From: Candidatus Binataceae bacterium
GTDB taxonomy: Bacteria > Desulfobacterota > Binatia > Binatales > Binataceae
DNA: 64,000 bases
Direction: 5' to 3'
NCBI GenBank assembly: GCA_035508495.1
Contig: DATJMX010000030.1
Coordinates: 33,894-97,893, forward strand
Shown here: positions 28,029 to 36,824 of the stretch, piece by piece
Layout of the letters: the number at the start of each line of letters is the position of its first letter
Numbering within the stretch: the stretch's first letter is position 1
Notes under the pieces: model-generated
Database searches by the model: none
Seen by the model: only the letters and a program-made list of their open reading frames with translations
What the model was told of the DNA's origin: nothing
Translations under genes and position numbers: made by a program

Positions 28029-28897
28029 TCACGATGCCCGAGCGGAAACATCCCGATTGGATCAAGGTGCGCGCACCGGCGTCGCCGGAATTTTTCCGCA
28101 CCAAGCAGATCCTCGGTGAGCGCAAGCTTCACACCGTGTGCCAGGAGGCGTGTTGCCCGAATATCGGCGAATGCTTCTCGCATCGCACGGCGACTTTTAT
28201 GCTGATGGGCGACGTATGCACGCGCAATTGCCCGTACTGCGCGGTCGCTCACGGCAAGGTGCGGCCTCTGGATCCCGACGAGCCGCGCCGTATCGCCGAC
28301 GCCGTGCGTGAGTTGGGCTTGCAGCATGTCGTGGTCACGTCGGTCGATCGCGACGATCTTCCCGACGGCGGCGCGGGGCACTTTGCCGCGACCGCGCGCG
28401 CGATCAAGTCGATGCTGCCGAAGACACGCGTCGAAGTTCTGGTTCCCGACTTCCAGGGATTGCTCGCGGCGGTCAATACCGTCGTCGCCTCGCCGGTCGA
28501 CATCTACAATCACAATATCGAGACCGTCCCGAGCCTCTATCGCACGACGCGCCCGGGCGGGAAGTACGAACGATCGCTCGATGTGCTCCGCCATGCCAAG
28601 GAAACCGCGCGCGCGGCGCATAATCCGATGCTGACGAAGGCGGGAGTCATGCTCGGCCTCGGCGAGCAGCGCGACGAGTTGATCTCAGTGCTGCGCGATC
28701 TGGCTGAAATCGAGTGCGACATAATCACGCTCGGCCAGTATCTGCGCCCATCGAAGGATCATCTGCCGGTCGTGCGCTACGTGCCGCCGGCGGAGTTCGC
28801 CGAACTGAAAGTCGAAGCGCTGAAGCTAGGCTTTCGCCACGTCGAATCAGGCCCGCTTGTGCGCAGCTCCTACCACGCCTGGGAACACGTCAACTGA
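28025..28897 (+). CDS. lipA: lipoyl synthase (radical SAM)
   Basis: CQEACCPNIGEC and CTRNCPYC cysteine clusters. Confidence 0.9.
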   Translation: MITMPERKHPDWIKVRAPASPEFFRTKQILGERKLHTVCQEACCPNIGECFSHRTATFMLMGDVCTRNCPYCAVAHGKVRPLDPDEPRRIADAVRELGLQHVVVTSVDRDDLPDGGAGHFAATARAIKSMLPKTRVEVLVPDFQGLLAAVNTVVASPVDIYNHNIETVPSLYRTTRPGGKYERSLDVLRHAKETARAAHNPMLTKAGVMLGLGEQRDELISVLRDLAEIECDIITLGQYLRPSKDHLPVVRYVPPAEFAELKVEALKLGFRHVESGPLVRSSYHAWEHVN

Positions 28898-29406
28898 TTC
28901 GGCCCGAACGAATTCAGTGGGACGTCCACCCTACTATTTTTCGAACAGCACCATTGCTCACTGTTTGTCGTGCTGAATGGTTGGCTGCTATCAACTCCGT
29001 CATCCAGAGCGGGCCGCCACGAGCCACCTGCCAGCGTCTTCGATGAAAAGCTCCTTCCACTCGTGTTCTGCCTCCTCATTTCACTCACGAGCACAGGGGC
29101 TGCCGTGCGGAAACTGGAACGAAGTTTCAATACTTTACCGTTTCGGCCCGCTGCGGTTGAAAATGATTTTGCGGGAGGCGATCTATGAAAAAACGCTGGA
29201 CACCTTGGGGCAGTGGTGATGGACACCAGGGTACCGTTCCAGTGGATATCGAAATAGACAATTCGGAAGAAGCTCGCACAAACTTGCAAGCATTCGCTGA
29301 GGTGGGTGTTTCAGCTCTTTATAAAGATCAGCTCTCGTTTTTCAAGAAGCCGCCGGAGCGTGTTGACATAACGAGAGGTCGCTCGACACTTCGACCTTCT
29401 GCGCTT

Positions 29407-29754
29407 TCAGTCCGTCAGGTCCAGCACTTCTTTGATCGCTTCGCCGATTTTAGCCATCAGCGGAGCGTCGAACGTTACCAGCGGCCCTTCGATGAGGCGG
29501 CGGTTGTCGATTGCGCGCATCTGGTCGATGAGCAAATCGGAGCGCTCGCGCAGCTTTCCCGCGGGCAACATCCCGATGCGAAGCGGTTCCGCACCCGGGA
29601 TGGTGTTGGTGGTCAAGGGAATGATTAGTGTCGAGGGATAGGATTCGTCGAGCAGGACTTGAGCCTGAACGATCAGGACGGGGCGAAGCTTGGCCGGCTC
29701 GGCGCCGCGTTTGGGGTTCAGATTCGCGAGCCACACTTCGCCGCGATTAGGCAT
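29407..29754 (-). CDS. mazF: MazF/PemK-family type II toxin endoribonuclease
   Basis: MPNRGEVWLANLNPKRGAEPAKLRPVLIVQ is the classic MazF/PemK N-terminus. Confidence 0.8.
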   Translation of the reverse strand: MPNRGEVWLANLNPKRGAEPAKLRPVLIVQAQVLLDESYPSTLIIPLTTNTIPGAEPLRIGMLPAGKLRERSDLLIDQMRAIDNRRLIEGPLVTFDAPLMAKIGEAIKEVLDLTD

Positions 29755-29983
29755 CGGGGTTACGCTCGGCCGCCTCGAACTCGGCGCTTACGCGCATGTT
29801 CTCCTTGCGGACTTTGCGCGAGGCGCTCACCAGTCGATCGGCTCGAAGCCTTGCCTCGGTATCGCGGTTCATCCGCTCGATCGCTTGCCGGATGTATTCG
29901 GCGCGGGCGAGCCCGAGCGCGCGGGCATTTCGTTCGCTACGCTCGAGAGTGCCTTGGGGCAACTTGAGGGAAATGGCTTCCAT
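29747..29983 (-). CDS. ribbon-helix-helix (CopG/MazE-like) antitoxin
   Basis: 78 aa, RHH-like (AEYIRQAIERMNRD); overlaps the mazF start by 8 bp. Confidence 0.6.
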   Translation of the reverse strand: MEAISLKLPQGTLERSERNARALGLARAEYIRQAIERMNRDTEARLRADRLVSASRKVRKENMRVSAEFEAAERNPDA

Positions 29984-30080
29984 CGATGTCTAGATTAGAT
30001 ATCTCTTGAGAATATTTCCAGGCCACAAAAAAACCCCCGGCGGGTGCCGAGGGCTTCTGAAAATCGTCTTTCGACTTCTG

Positions 30081-30617
30081 TTACTCGATACCCAATCGTT
30101 CGCGGGCTTCGGGCGTGATCATTTGCGGCGTCCAAGGCGGATCCCATACCAGATCGACATCGGCTTCCGACACGCTCGGCAGGCCCATCAGTTTCTGCTT
30201 GGCATCGTATGCGATCGATGCGCCCATGCCGCATCCCTGCGCCGTCAGCGTCATCTTGACCTCGATGCGCTTGGTGCCGTCGTCCTGGTCCTTGATCTCC
30301 ATGCCGTAGATGAGGCCGAGGTCAACGATATTCACCGGGATTTCCGGGTCGTAGCAGCTCTTGAGCTGCTCCCACACCATCGCTTCGAGATCGCCGCCCT
30401 GCGCGGCTATGCTCCCCGCGTCCTCGGGCTTCTTGCCGACGGCGTCGGCGTCCTTGCCCGCGATGCGATACAAGCCGCCGTAGGCAGGAACCTGGATGGT
30501 GAACGTCCCGCCGAGCGACTGGGTGATGTAAGCCTCCAGTCCTTTCTCGAGCGTGACCTTGGTGCCGGCCGGGATCTGTACGGCCTCGCACTCGCGGGAA
30601 ATCTCAACGCGTTCCAT
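30081..30617 (-). CDS. DUF59/MIP18-family Fe-S cluster assembly protein (SufT-like)
   Basis: IVDLGLIYGMEI...VKMTLTAQGCGMGASIAYDAKQKL...VDLVWDPPWTPQM matches the DUF59 pattern; about 178 aa as for SufT. Confidence 0.5.
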   Translation of the reverse strand: MERVEISRECEAVQIPAGTKVTLEKGLEAYITQSLGGTFTIQVPAYGGLYRIAGKDADAVGKKPEDAGSIAAQGGDLEAMVWEQLKSCYDPEIPVNIVDLGLIYGMEIKDQDDGTKRIEVKMTLTAQGCGMGASIAYDAKQKLMGLPSVSEADVDLVWDPPWTPQMITPEARERLGIE

Positions 30618-30758
30618 CTGCCAATACCTTCCTTATCAGACCCACTATTGTACTTTGCGCGCCCGAGGCTCGCCATAGCGCGATTGCGAGCAGATTGAGA
30701 CATAGCCGCAAAGCGCGCCGAGTGGGATAGTCGCCGCATCAGCTAAAGGAGTGTTGCG

Positions 30759-31061
30759 ATGGCCAACTACGTTATCTTTTTCCATATCACTCATCAGGGT
30801 CTAGACCATCTCAAAGGCGGGCCGGAACGGATCGAAGCGATCCGCCAGGACTTCGACAAACACGGCGCGAAGGTCAAGGATTTCTACGCCTTCATGGGGC
30901 ATCCGACCTACGACACGATGTTTCTGGTCGAGGCGCCGAGCGACGAGGCGATCTCGCAGCTCGTCTTGAAGATCGAGGCGGCAGGCAACGTGCGCAGCGA
31001 AACCCATCGCGCATTCAACTTCGACGAGTGGAAGAAGCTCGTCGCTGGCGTAGGCAAGTAA
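30759..31061 (+). CDS. GYD domain-containing protein
   Basis: MANYVIFFHITHQGLDHLKGGPERIEA...FMGHPTYDTMFLVEAPSDEAI...GNVRSETHRAF matches the GYD family layout. Confidence 0.65.
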   Translation: MANYVIFFHITHQGLDHLKGGPERIEAIRQDFDKHGAKVKDFYAFMGHPTYDTMFLVEAPSDEAISQLVLKIEAAGNVRSETHRAFNFDEWKKLVAGVGK

Positions 31062-31087
31062 GCTTTTGCCGGATGATGCGTTCGACC

Positions 31088-31200
31088 AAATTCCCGTGCG
31101 GGAAGGGAAAGAGAGTTAGTTTTTTTCTGGATTCGGCTTGAGTAAAAAATCCAGAAACGACCTAAACCCCTAGCCCCTTCCGGCACGGGAAGGGGAACCG
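31088..31200. repeat. MITE-like palindromic element, repeat family B (TTCCCGTGCGGGAAGGGAAAGAGAGTTAG ... spacer hairpin ... ACGACCTAAACCCCTAGCCCCTTCCGGCACGGGAAGGGGA)
   Basis: Inverted arms with an internal TCTGGATT/AATCCAGA hairpin. Related copies at 58364-58471 (full) and 41921-41962 (single arm). Confidence 0.65.
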
Positions 31201-31973
31201 GAAACGGAGCGGCGGCCCGGGCGGGCAAGATGCTTTGAGGCTTCGGCGATGCTTAGGTTCGAGAGGCGCTTTTCGTTGCGTTTGATGAAGGCGCCGACGG
31301 CGCGAGGATCGCTTTTGCTGTATTCGCGCAGGGCCCATCCAATTGCCTTGCGGATGAAGAATTCCTTCTCATGAGCGCGGCGCAGGCAATGAGCGAATAG
31401 CTGCCGCGCGTCGGTCTCGTGCTTGTGCTTCAGATGCGCTATCAGCGCGGTGCGTCGAATCCACATGTCGTCGTCGTCGATCCACTGCTCGATGATCGGC
31501 CTCACTTCTTTGCGATTGGCGCTAAGTACGTTGCCGACGAGATGCGCCGCGATTTCATCGACGAAGTCCCACCACGCTCCCTCGCGAACCATCCGCTCGT
31601 ACAGCGCGAGCGATTCGAGCGCGATGAAATCGCGATGCTGCCGCGCGTAGGCGATCGCGATGTACTGTTCTTCGCGGTGCGGCAACTTCCACAACGCGAG
31701 CACGCCGCTTTCGTATGACTTGCGATCCGTCGGCGCGAATCTGGTGCGTATTTCCTTGATGATCGGTGCGCGCAGCGGCGTCGGCACGCCATAGAAGGTC
31801 TGCGACGTTTTCATATAGGCGGCCATCTGCACGGCCTTCTCAGGATCGGCGAGCCGCTTCAGCTCTGCCGTGACGAATCGCGCGAGCGCGGCGCTCTGGT
31901 CGGTCGATTTCACAGCCTGTTGACTAGCATCCGAGAGCATCCGTGAGCGAGCTTCCGGCTTGCCCGCCAACAT
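31170..31973 (-). CDS. DNA alkylation repair protein (AlkD-like HEAT-repeat glycosylase family)
   Basis: All-helical, with WWDFVDEIAAHLVGNVL, HLKHKHETDARQLF and RKAIGWALREYSKSDP matching the PF08713 pattern. Its last 10 or so codons and its stop lie inside the family B element. Confidence 0.65.
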   Translation of the reverse strand: MLAGKPEARSRMLSDASQQAVKSTDQSAALARFVTAELKRLADPEKAVQMAAYMKTSQTFYGVPTPLRAPIIKEIRTRFAPTDRKSYESGVLALWKLPHREEQYIAIAYARQHRDFIALESLALYERMVREGAWWDFVDEIAAHLVGNVLSANRKEVRPIIEQWIDDDDMWIRRTALIAHLKHKHETDARQLFAHCLRRAHEKEFFIRKAIGWALREYSKSDPRAVGAFIKRNEKRLSNLSIAEASKHLARPGRRSVSGSPSRAGRG

Positions 31974-32020
31974 CTGTGGGAGTTAAATCCACCAGAGCTC
32001 ACGAGCGACGCTCTTTCTCT

Positions 32021-32180
32021 GCCCCTCTCTCTGAGCAGGGAGAGGGCAAGGGTGAGGGTATTCTGGGTTTTGATCTCGCGGGGATCAGCGCAGAGTCAGG
32101 CGACCCTCACCCGGCGCCGGGGTGCGGCGCCGATCTCTCCCTGGTCAGGGACAGGGATTTTGAGCGAGAGGCGGTCGCGA
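32021..32180. repeat. composite palindromic repeat, family E (CCCCTCTC(T/C)CTG(A/G)(G/T)CAGGGAG...GGGATTTT), with internal GGGTGAGGG/CCCTCACCC inverted repeat
   Basis: CTCTCCCTGGTCAGGGACAGGGATTTTGAG at about 32144 matches CCTCTCCCTGGTCAGGGAGCGGGATTTTCGG at 48957-48988; a related half-copy sits at 32021-32078. Confidence 0.55.
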
Positions 32181-32201
32181 AGCTCTAGCGAGGAGGGGAC
32201 G

Positions 32202-34115
32202 GTGGAGGGAGACGCGGCATCGGCAGGCGCGCATCAGCGCCATTTCGGCGAATCGATCAGGCAGAAGCTCTACGCCTATCTCGAGGCGCGCCCGGCGGGT
32301 GCCGATGCGCGCGAGCTGGTCGGACTGCTGCTGAGCGGTGCGGGCAACGATCCCGAGCTCGGCGCGCGGCTCGTGCGCGGGCTGCTCGACGGCGATCCCA
32401 ATTTCATTTTCGATCAGGCGACGAGTCTCTGGCGCCTCAGCAAGAGCGAACGCCTGCGCGTGCCGCTGGACGAGGCCGAATTCGTCGTCGTCGATCTCGA
32501 GACCACCGGCGGGCGGCCCGGCCCCGGTGGCATTATCGAAATCGGTGCATGGCGGATGGTTGGGCGGCGGCTGGTCGAATCGTTCCAGACGCTGGTGCGG
32601 CCGCAAGGCGTGATTCCGCGCTTCGTGATGGGACTCACGTCGATCACCAATGAGATGGTGCGCGAGGCGCCGCCGATCGAAGCCGTGCTGCCGGCATTTC
32701 GCGACTTCCTGCGCGATCGCGTGATGGTCGCGCACAACGCCGCGTTCGATTTTTCATTTCTCGATTTCGAGTTCAGGCGCCTATTTGGGCTGGGCCTCAG
32801 AAATCCGGTGCTGTGCACGCTTCGGATGTCGCGGAGGTTCGTGCCTTCGCTCAAGCGCCGGCGGCTCGACCTGCTGGCCGAGCATTTCGGGCTTTCGACC
32901 GAAGGACGCCATCGCGGACTCGGCGACGCGCGGATGGCGGCCGAGATTCTCAGCATCTTTCTCGATATCGCGATGAAGATGGGCGTCGCGCGGCTCGACC
33001 GCCTGCTCGACGATCATCAGCGCGGGGCGGCGGGTCGCAGGATCGAGCGTCATGTGCCGCCCGAGGAAATCGCGGCACTGCCCGTGGCGCCCGGTGTGTA
33101 CATCATGCGCAACGAGCGCGGCGATATCCTATATGTCGGCAAGGCGCGTCGGCTCAAGGATCGCCTCGGCTCGTATTTCAATTCCAACGTCAGCGCGAAG
33201 ACGGCGGAGCTTATCAGTCACGTTTATAAAATCGAGACGCGCGTGACGCGATCGTCGCTCGAAGCGGCGCTCGACGAGGCGCGGCTGATTCGCGAGCTCA
33301 AGCCGGCGTACAACAGGATGCTCAAGTCGGCCGCGCCGGCGTATTTCATCAAGCTCGACATGATGGAGGATTTTCCGCGCATCGCGGTCGCGCAGAAACT
33401 TTCGGCCAAGCGCGGCGCGATGCATCTTGGACCGTTTGTCGGCCGCGCCAATCTCGAAAAGTCGGTGAATGCGCTCTCGCGGATACTTGGCCTGCGCACC
33501 TGTGCCGGCAAGCTCGCGCTCGACGAGGATTTCTCGCCGTGCATGTACGGCCAGATCGGCCACTGCACGGCGCCCTGCAATCTGAGTATCGGCGAGGAAG
33601 CCTACGCGGACCGCGTGCGGCAGGCGCTCGCATTCATGCGCGGAAGAACTGGTCCGATACTCGGCGCTCTCGTGAGGGCGCGCGATCAAGCCGCATCGAG
33701 TCTGCGCTACGAGGAAGCGGGGCGTATCCGCCGCGATTTGGAGGCGCTGACGACGCTCGCGCATCGCGCGACCCGCCTGAGCCAGGTCGTGACCGAGAAC
33801 AATGTCGTCATCGTGACGGGCGAGGGCAGCGATCGCGTGGCGCATATCGTCCTCAGCGGCAGGCTCGCGCTGAGCCGCGCGCTCGACAGGCCCGAAGCGG
33901 CGGCCGAGGTGGCGTCGTTCGTCGGCAGCAACTACGAGCGTATGAAATTGAAAGCAGTAGAGCGCCCCGAGCTCGAAGCGATGGCGATCGTGGCGCGATG
34001 GCTGAAAGAGCGCCGCCCCAACGAAGGCCAGGTGATCAATCTACGTGGCGCGCATCTCGACCAGCGGTTATTGGAAAGCAACGCAACGAACGCTGTTGGC
34101 TGCGAAGAAACCTGA
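32202..34115 (+). CDS. DEDDh 3'-5' exonuclease (DnaQ-like) fused to a GIY-YIG (UvrC N-terminal-like) nuclease domain
   Basis: Exo motifs FVVVDLETTG, HNAAFDFSFL and HRGLGDARMAAEI; GIY-YIG GVYIMRNERGDILYVGKARRLKDRLGSY...EARLIRELKPAYNR. Start placed at GTG 32202 (RBS GAGGAGG 6 nt upstream), because the ATG at 32052 lies inside the family E repeat. Confidence 0.75.
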   Translation: MEGDAASAGAHQRHFGESIRQKLYAYLEARPAGADARELVGLLLSGAGNDPELGARLVRGLLDGDPNFIFDQATSLWRLSKSERLRVPLDEAEFVVVDLETTGGRPGPGGIIEIGAWRMVGRRLVESFQTLVRPQGVIPRFVMGLTSITNEMVREAPPIEAVLPAFRDFLRDRVMVAHNAAFDFSFLDFEFRRLFGLGLRNPVLCTLRMSRRFVPSLKRRRLDLLAEHFGLSTEGRHRGLGDARMAAEILSIFLDIAMKMGVARLDRLLDDHQRGAAGRRIERHVPPEEIAALPVAPGVYIMRNERGDILYVGKARRLKDRLGSYFNSNVSAKTAELISHVYKIETRVTRSSLEAALDEARLIRELKPAYNRMLKSAAPAYFIKLDMMEDFPRIAVAQKLSAKRGAMHLGPFVGRANLEKSVNALSRILGLRTCAGKLALDEDFSPCMYGQIGHCTAPCNLSIGEEAYADRVRQALAFMRGRTGPILGALVRARDQAASSLRYEEAGRIRRDLEALTTLAHRATRLSQVVTENNVVIVTGEGSDRVAHIVLSGRLALSRALDRPEAAAEVASFVGSNYERMKLKAVERPELEAMAIVARWLKERRPNEGQVINLRGAHLDQRLLESNATNAVGCEET

Positions 34116-34196
34116 CGATACCTGTACGATAAGCACCACCGCTAAGCACGCTTGGGGGAGCTTCTGAGGTACGCGCTCATCTGATAATCAGATAAT

Positions 34197-34463
34197 ATGA
34201 CCAAGCGAATATCGGCCACCGAGGCTGCGCGAAATTTTTCTGACCTCCTCAATCGAGTTGCATACCGGCACGAGTCTTTTGTGGTCGAGCGCGGCGGCGA
34301 GCCTTTCTGCGAAATAGTGCCGCCGCAACCGAAGCTCGCTTACGGCCGGGACCTCATCGACTTGATCGAAAAAGCACCTCGACCCGATAAGCGCTACCTG
34401 GATTTGGTGGAAGAACTCGTAAGGCGCCAACCTAAGATTGCTAAGTCGCCATGGCAGCGCTGA
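34197..34463 (+). CDS. Phd/YefM-family type II antitoxin
   Basis: MTKRISATEAARNFSDLLNRVAYRHESFVVERGGEPFCEIVP is a Phd/YefM N-terminal fold. Confidence 0.65.
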   Translation: MTKRISATEAARNFSDLLNRVAYRHESFVVERGGEPFCEIVPPQPKLAYGRDLIDLIEKAPRPDKRYLDLVEELVRRQPKIAKSPWQR

Positions 34464-34851
34464 TCGATTCAAGCATCTTGATCGCCGCAGAACGTGCGGT
34501 ATTCGACTTGCAGGTATTATTCGCGCAGCGCCCCGACGACCAGTTTGGGATCTCCGCGATTACCGCTGCCGAGTTACTGCACGGTGTCATGCGGGCAAGG
34601 ACCGCGAAGCTGCGGGAGAGGCGACAGGATTTTGTGGAAGCGTCTTCGCGCGTCTGCCGGTGCTTCCGTTCGATCTCCATGTAGCACGCGTTCACGCTGG
34701 TTTGTGGGCCGATCTCGCGAACAAGGGCGCGCTCGTTGGTGAGCGAGATCTGATGATCGCTGCGACCGCAATCGCCCACGACCTTCAAGTTATGACCCTC
34801 GACCTGAGAAGCTTCCCAAGAGTCCCCGGCCTCAGCACCATCAGAGCCTAG
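34451..34851 (+). pseudogene. vapC: PIN-domain VapC toxin disrupted by a 1-nt frameshift near 34640-34650
   Basis: Frame 1 gives MAALIDSSILIAAERA...AAELLHGVMRARTAKLRERRQDFVEA, then a stop. Frame 2 continues FARLPVLPFDLHVARVHAGLWADLANKGALVGERDLMIAATAIAHDLQVMTLD, the VapC C-terminal half. Confidence 0.6.
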
Positions 34852-34879
34852 CCGTTCAGCAGTCGCGCATCTCGCGCCT

Positions 34880-35854
34880 TCACTCCGCGGCGGCGATTGG
34901 GATGAAGCCGACGGTGCCGGTTCGCAGGCGCACTTGCAAGTAGTTGCCGGCGATGCCGGTTACGTGGACGTATTTGTTGGCGCGCACCTGGGCGACGACG
35001 GCGCTCGCGTTATCGGGATTCTGATAGACGGGTGAATTTTTCGTCAGCAGGAACAGCTTGTTGAGCGGCTTGATCTTCACCGGCGCTGCGGCGGCGGCAG
35101 TCGGCATTGCTGGCATCGGCGGCGACGGTGCTGCGGCTGGGGTCATCGCGGCAGCCTCGCTCGGCGCGGCCGACGGCGCCGCTGCCGGTGCTACAGTCGC
35201 GGCCGCTTCGGGCGTCGATTCCGCATTCTCCGGCGCGGGTCCCGTCAGCTTCGGATCAAGCGCACGCGCCTGCTCGTATTCGGTCTGCGCCTCGGCCTGG
35301 CGATTCGGAATCGTGTTGAGCAGATTCGCGAGCGCGTAGTGGGCCTGCGCGTTCTTCGGATCGAGACCGAGCGCGGTGCGAATCTGATCTTCGGCGGCGT
35401 CGAGCTTGTTTTGTTTAATTAGCGCCTGCGACAGATCGAGGTGATAAGCGGGCCGCTCGGGCTCGAGCGCGACCGCGGCGCGATACTGATTCTCCGCCAG
35501 CGGATACTGGCTCTGATCCATGTAGAGGTTGCCGAGCGCGACGTGGGTCGCGGCATTCTTGGGATCGAGGTCGAGGACCTTCATGAACTCGGCCTGCGCC
35601 TGCGCGGTCTTATGCTCGAAGATGTAGAGATTGCCCAGCGCGATATGCGTGCGCGGATCGTTGGGCGCGGCTTTGATCGCTTCGTTGTAGTCGCTCTCTG
35701 CTTCCCCGAGCTGATTGGTCTGCATCGCGGAGTCGCCGGCTGCAAGATCGTCGTCAACCGAACGATGATGACATCCACCGAGAAAGAGGATGGCCGCGCC
35801 AAGCGCTGCGAGCGCAGTTAGCGACGGGTAGAGGTGGCGGATTGTCTTGAGCAT
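34880..35854 (-). CDS. TPR-repeat lipoprotein with C-terminal SH3b-like domain
   Basis: Start MLKTIRHLYPSLTALAALGAAILFLGGCHH (lipobox LGGC; RBS AAGGAG). Repeated TPR units (ALGNLYIFEHKTAQAQAEFMKVLDLDPKNAATHVALGNLYMDQSQY...), a Pro/Ala linker, then YVHVTGIAGNYLQVRLRTGTVGFIP. Confidence 0.6.
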   Translation of the reverse strand: MLKTIRHLYPSLTALAALGAAILFLGGCHHRSVDDDLAAGDSAMQTNQLGEAESDYNEAIKAAPNDPRTHIALGNLYIFEHKTAQAQAEFMKVLDLDPKNAATHVALGNLYMDQSQYPLAENQYRAAVALEPERPAYHLDLSQALIKQNKLDAAEDQIRTALGLDPKNAQAHYALANLLNTIPNRQAEAQTEYEQARALDPKLTGPAPENAESTPEAAATVAPAAAPSAAPSEAAAMTPAAAPSPPMPAMPTAAAAAPVKIKPLNKLFLLTKNSPVYQNPDNASAVVAQVRANKYVHVTGIAGNYLQVRLRTGTVGFIPIAAAE

Positions 35855-35920
35855 CGAGGGGCTCCTTTCCAGGAAGAGGAAAATGGTGCGTCGCGCTGAA
35901 TAGTTGTCGGCAGACAACAG

Positions 35921-36751
35921 TTGAATATGTTGGAGACGCAATCGGAACGATGTCAAGCTGAGTCCATGGCAGCCCTCGAATCCGGCGTAATCACCGTGCA
36001 ACAAAGGCCGACTCGCGTGTGGCGCGGAGGCACTGGTGATGCGCTCCTGCTGCTTCATGCGGCCGGCGGCGACGCCTATACCGGATGGCATTGGATCTGG
36101 GACGATCTGGCGCGCGATTTCACCGTTATCGCACCCGATTGGCCCGGCTTTGGCCAATCGCAAGCGATGCCGATCTCGCAGGTCAATCTGTCGAGTCTGG
36201 CCGGCTGGGTTGAGGACCTGCGCGAGGTATTGGGCCTTGAGAAATTGTCAATCGTCGGAAATTCCTTCGGAGGAACATCGGCACGGCTCTACGCTGCTCA
36301 GTATCCCGCGCGGGTCGAGCGGCTGGCGGTGATTAACGGCGCCGGTCTGCCGGCCCCCGGCGCTCCGCTGCCGGCGATCGCCGAGATTGTTGCGTCGGGA
36401 AAAGTTTCTGGTCCCGACGATGTCGCGCGCGAGGTGCTGAAGCTAATGTTTCATGATCAGAATCTGCTCACGCCGCAACTCATGGCGGAGTTGAGCGCGG
36501 ACATGCTGACAATCATGTCGATCCTCGGCAAGTTGGGAGCGAGCCCACTGCCGCAACACACGATGCCGAAAGCGCCTACGCTCGTGCTGTGGGGCGAAGG
36601 CGATCGCTTCGCGCCGCCTACGGTCGGTCAAGCGCTTGCCGCAGAACTACCGAAGGCCACGTTCAAGGGCTTGCCAAACGCGGGTCACCTGCCACAAATT
36701 GAGCAGCCCGCCGCGGTGGTGGCCGCATTGCGACAATTCCTGCTGGATTGA
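35921..36751 (+). CDS. alpha/beta-fold hydrolase
   Basis: LLLHAAGGDAY and VIAPDWPGFGQS; nucleophile elbow GNSFGG; C-terminal GHLPQIEQP. Confidence 0.75.
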   Translation: MNMLETQSERCQAESMAALESGVITVQQRPTRVWRGGTGDALLLLHAAGGDAYTGWHWIWDDLARDFTVIAPDWPGFGQSQAMPISQVNLSSLAGWVEDLREVLGLEKLSIVGNSFGGTSARLYAAQYPARVERLAVINGAGLPAPGAPLPAIAEIVASGKVSGPDDVAREVLKLMFHDQNLLTPQLMAELSADMLTIMSILGKLGASPLPQHTMPKAPTLVLWGEGDRFAPPTVGQALAAELPKATFKGLPNAGHLPQIEQPAAVVAALRQFLLD

Positions 36752-36824
36752 TTCTGCGAGGCGACTTTTAAGCGGATGCTGCCGGCGTTGGATGCTTTTG
36801 GATGGTAGGTTATAAAGAATCGCC

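Noticed and set aside
30020-30075. Possible terminator (CGGCACCCGCCGGGGGTTTTTTT on the minus strand) after the SufT-like gene
   Set aside because: The T-run is strong but the stem is only about 4 bp and imperfect, so it is not listed as a feature.
31943-32201. ORF 31943-32188 and the ATG-initiated N-terminus of ORF 32052
   Set aside because: They are encoded by the family E palindromic repeat block. A downstream GTG with a strong RBS is a better start.
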